In this document: positions 54,430 through 64,000 of the stretch, one piece after another
How the letters are laid out: every line of letters begins with the position of its first letter
How positions within the stretch are numbered: position 1 is the first letter of the stretch
NCBI GenBank assembly: GCA_964016885.1
Contig: OZ024741.1
Location: 375,844,001 to 375,908,000, forward strand
Source of the DNA: Eledone cirrhosa
Taxonomy: Eukaryota
Length of the DNA stretch: 64,000 nt
Direction: 5' to 3'
Translations under genes and position numbers: made by a program
Notes under the pieces: model-generated
What the model was told of the DNA's origin: nothing
Databases searched by the model: none
Seen by the model: only the letters and a program-made list of their open reading frames with translations

Positions 54430-56100
54430 AACTCCATAGACCCCGTAATGTACTCTCGTTACGTAGACGATATTAATATAGTATAAATACCCCCCCCCCC
54501 CCACAAGAGAGTACTAATAAACATGAATTAGAAAATAGCACAATTGAGAGCATCCAGCAGATAGCTAACTCCATACACCAGAGTATAACTGTAACTGTTG
54601 ACTAGCCTTCCAAACAGCCAAACAATAGACTACCAGTATTAGACACGGAACTCTGGATTAACACTATAGACGAGAGGGACCAAATTCTCTACTCATACTA
54701 TGCTAAACCAATGACCTCCAAATACCTGATACTCACAAATTCAGCATTCTCCAATAGTGCTAAGTTTAATATTCTGATCGCAGACTTGGTACGAGTAATG
54801 AACAATGTGTCCCGCATGTGCGACCCAACAGAAATGGAAAGACACATCCAACACTTCATCAACCGCATGCAGTTCTCTGGCTACAACCAAAGAGACAGAA
54901 TCAGAGTATACGAAGGAGCCACGGAGAAGTATAAGACCCTCATAGAACTGGACATGAAAGGAATTTGCCCATTATACAGGAGCAAATCATGGAATAGCTT
55001 AGGTAGGACTAAACATAAGATAGGAAAAGCCACCTCATGGTACGTCAACCAGAGATACCAGAGTGCCATGTTCGTGGATGTTACGCCTGGAGGGAAATTA
55101 GCTAACCAATGTAAAAAGGTCCTAAGAAAGACCCATTTAAATATTAAAGTTGTAGAAAAGCCAGGAACTACCATAAAATCCCTGATCAACAAAACATACT
55201 CCTTTAAGAAAACCCACTGTACAAATAAGAAATGTTATATGTAAAATGAACCCCCAGATAAACTGTAAAACTAGAAATGTAGTCTATAGAATAAGATGTA
55301 CAGAGGGTACTTGCAGAAACATGACAACGACATACATAGGTGAGACAGCTCGAAGCATAGGAGAAAGAATAGACCAACACTGGGGGGAACTAAGAGGACA
55401 AAAAATGGTTCAGTACTACACGGCAGCCAAATACATGACAGTAATATAGACAATATAGGTATCAAAATAATATTTAAGCATAGAAATGACTCAACAGGTA
55501 GGCAAATCAGAGAAGCAACTGAGATAGAACTAAGAAGACCGAAGTTGAACAGAAAGAGCGAATGGAATGACAACAACAACCATATCCAAGCAAACAATAC
55601 TGACTTAAGGGAAATATAAATAAATATATACACAAGTACGATAACAACAAACACTCCGTGAGGGTGTATTTTCATAAGTTTGTGCTTGCGCAATTATAGT
55701 TATATACTCATACATATAGATGTATATATGAACACAATCATACGCGTCAGCGTGTAGAAAGTCATAATCACTCTATCTTTCTCATCACAAACTCTCTCTC
55801 TCTTTATATATATGGTAGTTGAAGTGGTGGTGGTGACGACGATATACCGGAAGTCCAGAAATTTGTAACTTTGAAAAGAAGTCAATTTTAAATTATTTAT
55901 GTTTACAAAATTTAGTACATAAATTATGTAATATTCATTCATTATCGAACTTATTTTACAAACGGAATAAACATTTTTATTCTGGATGCAGTCCCGCACT
56001 TCTTACTTTATCATAGTGTAAATCCGCAGTTGAAAAAACATATAATGCTGAAACCGGGATTATTAAATGCGGAAATATCCACTTTATTAATAAATAAATG
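54430..56100 (+). mobile_element. PLE 3' fragment (RT C-terminus plus GIY-YIG) of a third lineage, with 3' region
   Basis: RYVDDI; LPVLDTELW; YAKPMTS; ADLVRVMNNVS; RMQFSGY; CKTRNVVYRIRC...YIGETARSIGERIDQH; RQIREA; LNRKSEW. Degenerate HHR near 56020-56075. Confidence 0.85.
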
Positions 56101-56162
56101 TTTTGATGTTATACTGAAAGAATCTCTTCAGCATTTTCTACTGAAAAAATCTTTTTCCTCTC

Positions 56163-56217
<55 letters not shown>

Positions 56218-57048
56218 ACAAACCCTCCATCTCAATTCTACTTTTGAAAAGCATAAGAACTGCGAAACCGGTTAAGGAACCAAATAAATATTCTTAAAAA
56301 GACTCCAGTTGCATTTTCGATTTCATCTTTTTTCCCTATATATACATATATATATATATTAGCATTCAAATAATTTTGGTGTAATCAACATAAGCACTCC
56401 ACGTCATAGCTACACTTAAGTGTATATGGTTATCAGACGGAGTATCAATATTAAGTAAGCTGAAGAGGGGCGGCTTTAAATATTTTACTTCAGTTTATTA
56501 TATATATATATAAATACATACTTACAAACACACGCGCACATGCATACACACACATATATATATTAAGAGAGGGTGTACGAGAAAAAGAGTGAAGAGGAGA
56601 CAACCAATTTTCTCGTATTCATATTTTTCGTTTGTTATATGAAATAGTTATAAACTTTTCCTCCCCAACACCCCCGGCACTTAAGTTTCTGCTGTATTTA
56701 TTAAATTATTTTCGTTGCTCGCTATGACAGTTTGCTGTTGAATTTAAAAAAAGAGTGCTTGAAAACTTTGTTACAATATGTCGTACAACCTCCCCACGAC
56801 ATACCCACAAACGCAGCGACCAACATTATAATACTATTCCATTCATTCTTTCTTCATTTCTGTAACGAAATTAGACGTAGCTAGCGAAATATGCCTATTT
56901 CGGGCAAAATATAAGATGTAGGGAAGGTCAGAGGGTCGCAAAGTAAAAAACAAATCGTTAAATGAGTTCAAACAGACGAGATAATTCAGAAATTATTTAA
57001 TAGAAGTGATGAACTGAGACACTCTTTTGTGAGAATCTTAGATGGTTT

Positions 57049-57108
<60 letters not shown>

Positions 57109-57301
57109 TTAAGGATACTATTTATGGTTATGTATATACTAAAACCTTTTATAGTTATATATATTTTAAAGCCTAAACAGTGAAAGACAGTAATTTATTA
57201 CTACCTTATTACCAGTAAGATAAATAGCTCAATGTAATAACATCAGTTGTTCTACAGAGCAGTTATATAGAAATTACATGAATCAAAGTTCTGTTCAAAT
57301 C

Positions 57302-57350
<49 letters not shown>

Positions 57351-57849
57351 AAAGAATAGAGGTGTAACACACACGTTATTATATATTGGTAAACGGAATA
57401 GAAAATGCTGACAAATTGTTCACAGTTGAAAAATGGTTTAATTAGGAATAAAAGAGTATTAGTGATTGTATGGGTTAGTATTCAGTTGTGGTTTTAAGTT
57501 TTTAAGTTTTTACCGGTTGCGCATTTCTAAATGCCTTTCAAAAATAATTTTGAGATAGAGTGTCCGTGTTGTTTGCTCTGATCTGAGCAAACAATGATAT
57601 GTTGATTTAAAACTGCACTATCAACAAGTGTTTTTTAGCCTTCATATCATGTTCTCCTGTTTTATCTGATGAAAACACAAATATTATTGCTTGATGATGT
57701 TTGTTTTTGAAATGCGCATAATAAAATATATGGAACTCCTTTAACCATCTTTTGATCTTATATTATGCATACTCCAGTCCCACAAACTGTAGAGTGCTTC
57801 TTATCCGATATCTGCATTGCTTTATTGTACTACAATAAAACTCACCTCC

Positions 57850-57893
<44 letters not shown>

Positions 57894-58000
57894 ATTGAGT
57901 GGCTGCTATTTACAGTATAGCAATATAAGGTTGCACTTACCAATGAAACGGTCGTAAATACCTGGATAAAATCCTTCTCTTAATGCTTACCTGTGTTTTC

Positions 58001-58050
<50 letters not shown>

Positions 58051-58244
58051 GAAAACACATATAAAGTCATAGATATATATGTGTTTTGCAACGGGTCACG
58101 TTGTGGCTCAATGAAGGATTAATAAATTAAATAATCAGAGCTATATATCATAAAACATGTCTTTAGAATCACTAGATATAATATATACCAAATATATTAT
58201 ATATTATGGTATATATTATATCTAGTGATTCTAAAGACATGTTT

Positions 58245-58342
<98 letters not shown>

Positions 58343-59114
58343 AAAGGAACACGAAAATACAACTGGAATCTTTCTAAGAATATTTATTTATTTCCTTTAC
58401 CGGTTTGACAGTTCTTATGCTTTTCAAAAGTATAACTGAGATGAAGGGTTTATGGTTTTTCTCGCATCTGGTTGGTGTTCGAAAGTTCTTTCTGTTTTAT
58501 GTGGAAAGAGTGGCTAGAATTGCTGTTCATTTTTCAAAAAAGTAATTTGGTTGGTTGATGACTGTCACGTGAACAAGTACAATAAATTTCGCATCAATTC
58601 GTGTTGTTATTTGCCTTAAAGAATGTGGTTCAAATTAATTTTTTATAAGTGTAATTTGGTTGGTTGATGACTCACGTGAATAAGTACATAAAATTTCGCG
58701 CCAGTTCGTGTTTGGGGGTTCTTTATTGCTATTTTAATTGTTAGATACAGTCACATGATTGGCCAAATAATATAGGTGCCAGAAAAGGATGGTCTGCCAT
58801 AGAAAGTTTTGTCCCTAACAAAAGATAATGGTCAAGAAATGGGAGGAGGAGAAATAGTTCTGGTTCAATGGGTATGGTTAATGTCGTACTGAGGTGTCAA
58901 TATTCAGACTTTATATTGAAATAAATTGAATATTTGTGTGTGTGTGTGTGTATGTGTGTGTGTGTGTGTCTGTGTGTGTGCGTGTGCGTGTGTTTGTGTG
59001 TGTGTGTATGCATAAATGTGTATATATAAATGTGTGAGTGTGTATGATATATATGTATGTATATATGCATATATCTATATATGATTGTATGAATGTATAT
59101 ATCCAATTTCTATC

Positions 59115-60000
59115 TTTTCAGTTTCGTCGTCCTGCAGGATATCCCACAGAAATTACACGCTTCCCCAAGTCTGCTTTTTCATCACAAGATTCCCCAGCTC
59201 GTCGTACTGGCCACTCCAGTATTTTTTAGTAGAATGTCCATGTAGAGGATGGTCCTCCTTCCTCGATGTGCTCCTTTCGTCTTGCTTGCGATTTCCTCAT
59301 CTTGACGTAGGCAGTGGTGAGCAAATTTCATTCTACATTATTGTATGGCTCTTGCCATTCTGAGTTCAAATCCCACCGAGGTTAACTTTGCCTTTCATCC
59401 TTACGGGGTCGATAAAATAAAGTACCAGTAATGCACTGGGTAATTACTGGCCATGTGCCAAAAGTAGAAACAATTATTGTATCTTATTAGAATCCTTTGT
59501 GAGGTCCTTATAAAGGTCCGTTTGTTGTGTGTTCTAACCTTTAGGTATTTGGTGTCATGCGCAGCATACGTTCGTAGCATCCATCCAGGTGTTTCTTCAG
59601 TGTTTCCGCAAATATCCAAGTTTCTGTGCCATATAATAAGACTATAGTCTTATTTTGATGAACGTTGATAGCTCTGAGATCCATATTTTCTTCATCTTGT
59701 TGCTAACACTCAATGCTAGTGCTTTCCTGACCCCTATGTGCTTTTATGAGCTCTCTGTTCATCATCCGAGGTATTTAAAGTGGTTTACCATTTCCGACAT
59801 TTCCTCGTTCATCGCTTTGATAACTACTGGCGTTTGTTGGTTAAAATCTTGAATTTCGGTGATTTTGGGATGGCATTGTAGTCCTAATTGTTTCACTTCG
59901 TTCTCAATCCTCGATGCACTTCTGTAAAGTTTGTTAGAGCATCAGCAAAGTCAAGCGATAGGATCACTACGACTGACGGTCTCCGTCGTAGTGATTGCAT
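59115..60000 (-). mobile_element. RTE-like LINE RT 3' fragment, interrupted by a SINE
   Basis: Minus-strand translation pieces SLDFADAL, FKYLG, LYGTETW and LDGCYERMLR. Confidence 0.65.
59310..59478 (+). mobile_element. Family-A SINE
   Basis: gagttcaaatcccaccgaggttaactttgcctttcatccttacggggtcgataaaataaagtaccag. Confidence 0.85.
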
Positions 60001-61394
60001 CACTGACTGGGCCGGCGCCGTACAATTATTTGTTTATATTTTGCTGTAACCCTATAAGGATTACTGAGCTAAATCTTTTACATCTTTCATATTCATAATG
60101 ATGACGTAAACCGACCATAAAAATACTTATTATGCAATTGCGCAACATTAAAGGAATATATTGTAGAATAACAATGAAGGTTCATATACGCCACGACATT
60201 TAAAATAAATTCGAGAACATCCCCGGAATGAACATTACATTTAACAAAGTTAATGAAGAAGGATTAAACGGAACTCAATGAATTCAATTGAAAATTCTGT
60301 GTCTCTAGCATGAAATACTTTGTTAACATAAATAAGACGTGTGTAAAATATAACAAGAGCATGGGAAACAATAACAAAATACCAAAGCGGACTACAACTA
60401 AACCCAAACAGAACGGATTAAAAACAAACAAAAATATAACAAGCCAAATTAGAAAAAACAAAAAACAAAAAAAAAACACAAAAAAAACAAACAAACAAAA
60501 AATAAAATAAAAAAAAAACAAATGACGGAAACGATACAGGAAAGCCATGTAAATATTTCAGGAAAGCTATGTAAGTAATATCTATAAAATGTATTGATTG
60601 ACTCATAATTGATGTATTACAAGTGTTTATAGTATTCGACCATCTCATATCATGTGTAACGAACTATCGAAGCAAGGACAATAAACAATACAGCATCACA
60701 CACACATATAAGAAATAATTCAAATAAACACTGACTCGTTTAGCTTCGGAGTTGTGTGCTTTGAATTTAAAGAAAAAACTACGAAAACTCCCGCACGTAA
60801 AACCTTTCAAAATGTGAAGCACAACAATTTCTGCGTACAAGCCATTGAAAATGGGAAGCACGAAAACACACATGTAAAACCTTTCAAAATGAGAAACTGC
60901 ACCCCTCCGCAAAAAAAAAATTACCCTCCCTCCCTCCCCCAAAAAACTCAGCATCCGACGGAAACGATAGCAATCTAAAGAAAAGGATAAAAGGCTGGAA
61001 TTTTACTTTCCCAAGTCTCGCTAATAGAAGAGAAAAGACCACAAGAAGAATAGATTTCTATTCTATCACGACACTCCGCACCTAAAACAAAAATATTCGC
61101 ATGTAGATCATCATTTTCTTTCGTTGTTTATTCAGTGTGTAAGATGTAAGATGTAATAGCTATCGTCCTCACACGACTACCGACTAATGGTAAGATCAGA
61201 TTTAAAAAAATATTTTATTCTTTTACTGGTTTCTGTCATGAGATTGCATGCTGCTCGGACATCAACTCTTTAGGCGATATTATCCACTCCAGTTCTGGTA
61301 TTTATTTTATCGGATTCTAAAATTGTAACCGCTACATTATGGAACATAAATAAACAGTAAATGTAAACAGTGTTAAACACACACACACACACAC

Positions 61395-61655
61395 AGGCGC
61401 TGAGCTGGCCAGCCGCAGGTGTGAGCTTCGCGAGGCGGAATGGCTCTTCCAGCGCATCTCCCTTAGCATCTTCCTGCGAAACGCCTTCTCCATTCTGTCC
61501 GCCGGGGCTGTGGGGAAGCCAGCACGTGAGACCCCATTTTGTCACCAAACAGAGAGCTGGGGAGGGCGAGAGAGATGGAGGCGATGACAGTGGGAGTTCG
61601 GCTCTATCACGTTCGGACCATATCCTTGTGGTTGTGTATACTAAGAAAAGAAATG
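61395..61655 (+). mobile_element. CRE-like retrotransposon extreme 3' fragment next to (CA)n
   Basis: Reading frame ELREAEWLFQRISLSIFLRNAFSILSAG, typical of the CRE C-terminus (xxWLxQRISLAxxRGNA). Confidence 0.72.
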
Positions 61656-62174
61656 TGTACAAAAGTAATCGAATTATAAGACATCATTCTATATTCACAG
61701 CGGGATTCCGCACAGTTTTTGTCTACCAAATTTCAATTTCCACACTGATGTTAACATTCTGCAATGTCCCAAAAAAAAAAAAATGACTTTGTTAATTAAA
61801 CTTTGTATAGTATCTTTACTAGCAGAGAGATAATTTTGAAACTGGCAGAATGATGAAGTCATCGCGCTGTTTTGTACTTTTTCAAAGATGATTTGCTAAT
61901 GTGGTTTCATGCGGTACAGGACATAAAGAGTTAAAACATTTTGGGGTTGTAATTTTGTCTTTGTTCACTTTTAGCAATAATCCTGTATTATTGCCTGGCA
62001 GAATGAACATATAGTAACTGGTCAAGACAAAAAGAAAACGAAAACAGAAAAACGAAACAAAAAAAAACATACTGAAAGAAAAAAAAAAAAAAAAGAATAA
62101 CCAAAAACAAAAATGACAAAACAATGAAGTAAAAACGAAATGAATTACGATTGTGAAAACATACTGTAAACTAC

Positions 62175-62304
62175 CTGGGTCAAGTCTGAGACATTCTCGT
62201 TCTTGAAGAATATATATATGTCTGTTTACATTAGCTATTATGCCACGCTGGAGAATCGATTCGTAAGACAAATCATACTCGACGTCGCTTTTGTAATCTA
62301 ACAT
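62175..62304 (-). other. Possible host exon (unidentified)
   Basis: Non-repetitive open frame MLDYKSDVEYDLSYESILQRGIIANVNRHIYILQERECLRLDP ending at CAG|GTAGTT. No recognisable homology. Confidence 0.2.
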
Positions 62305-62857
62305 TGCAATTTATGAGTGCAAGGAGAACTCCAAGCAAAGTATAACGTTCATGTACATATATACACACACAACCAAGTACATACATACCATGCAAATACA
62401 CTTATACATACCAAACGCATCTATCTATCTATCTATTTGTATGGATATAAGTGCGTGTGTATCAAGTTATTTCTCCCCCTTCTCTCTCGCCCCATATACA
62501 ACATATAATTCATATATATATATATATATATATGAATATATATGCTTACACACACACACACACACGCGCACACAGACACACACAAACACACATATATGTA
62601 TGCATATATATACACACATATGAACATAGACACGAAACACAGAAAGAATAGGTATATGCCCACCGTTCCTTCACCGGATGTTTTGATAATCAACTTAGGT
62701 CTCTCTTCAAACTGGAAAATGATTTTTTTTTCTGTTTTTGAAAATGATTCACTAACATTGTATCTTGGCAAAAACCAGCCTTCGTGTTTCCCCACATTGC
62801 ATACATACATGCATACACACACACACACACGCACACACATATATATATATATGTAAT

Positions 62858-62896
<39 letters not shown>

Positions 62897-62974
62897 AATT
62901 ACACAGACATACACACAATCACACACCACACACATACATATATATATATATGCATGTATGTAAGTATGTGTGTA

Positions 62975-63012
<38 letters not shown>

Positions 63013-63167
63013 TGCTTGCGTTAGTGGATGTATATCTCTAAGAATATTCAGTGTTCTTTAACCAAATGCTATTCATTGAGAGAATTGGCTGGGAGCCAAT
63101 AGGAAATGTTTTGTTTGCGTCTGAAGAGTGAATGCAATACTCACTACACACACATACACACATAGAT

Positions 63168-63243
<76 letters not shown>

Positions 63244-63596
63244 TTGTGTGTGCGTATAATTCTATAATTCTATATATCTATATATATGCATATGCATATA
63301 TATACATATATATAAAGAGAGTGTGTGTGTGTGTGGTGGTGGTGGTGTGGTGGGGGGGGGGCAGAGTGAGAAACAGACAGAGAAAGAAAGAGAGAGGGAG
63401 AGTGAGAAATAGAGAGTAAGAGAGAGAAGGGAGGGGGGGGGGGGCGTGAGGGAGAGAGAGTGAAAGATGAGTAGATAGAACGATAAGAAAATTTTGTGTA
63501 TCCAAAATACCAAATTGACTAAATAATAATCTATAGTTTATTATCAACCTTGTTAATTTTTTTTTGTTAAAACTTTTTTGGCACCCTGCTGTAGAC

Positions 63597-63668
63597 GTAT
63601 GTATGTATGTATGTATGTATGTATGTATGTATGTATGTATGTATGTATGTATGTATGTATGTATGTAT
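63597..63668. repeat. (TATG)n microsatellite
   Basis: Direct observation. Confidence 0.95.
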
Positions 63669-64000
63669 TATTATTATTGAAGGTGAAGCCACGCTTCTTA
63701 TCGCCTCCAGTCTTTTTCAACAGTTTACCTCGTTTTCAACCGTTCTAAACCTTTTATTCAAGTTTCAAACTTGATAAAAGTTTAGAAGAAGTGACCCACC
63801 TAATACAGGGGTTCACTCGTAAATAATACGGCACCACTTTATGGCGTGTCGTATTGTGTAAAAATATTATTTGCAAAAAAAATTTCTTTCAACATGGATA
63901 ACACAAGAAAGAGAGAGAGCGCTGTCAGACAACACAGAGAGAGAGGGAGACTTTGTCAACATATCAACAAGACAGCGTTCCAGCGAAGGTAAATTTAAAA

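Overview
Gene-poor, AT- and microsatellite-rich eukaryotic DNA made almost entirely of transposable elements. The SINE families and (TA)/(CA) density suggest an octopus or other coleoid cephalopod (inference). It holds one near full-length and several partial Tx1/L1-type LINEs, R4/Dong-like and CRE-like RLE retrotransposon fragments, and RTE fragments. There is also a decayed autonomous Helitron (RepHel) with an internal duplication, two non-autonomous Helitrons, more than 12 tRNA-derived SINEs, and four Penelope-like element (PLE) remnants of about three lineages. The most striking signal is a set of about a dozen minimal type-I hammerhead ribozyme (HHR) motifs with palindromic stem III. Four of them are arranged as tandem pairs in a ~4.3-kb inverted-repeat structure around a PLE GIY-YIG fragment (35.5-39.8 kb). 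Several others sit at the centre of short fold-back palindromes. No intact host gene is recognisable. All coordinates were read by eye.
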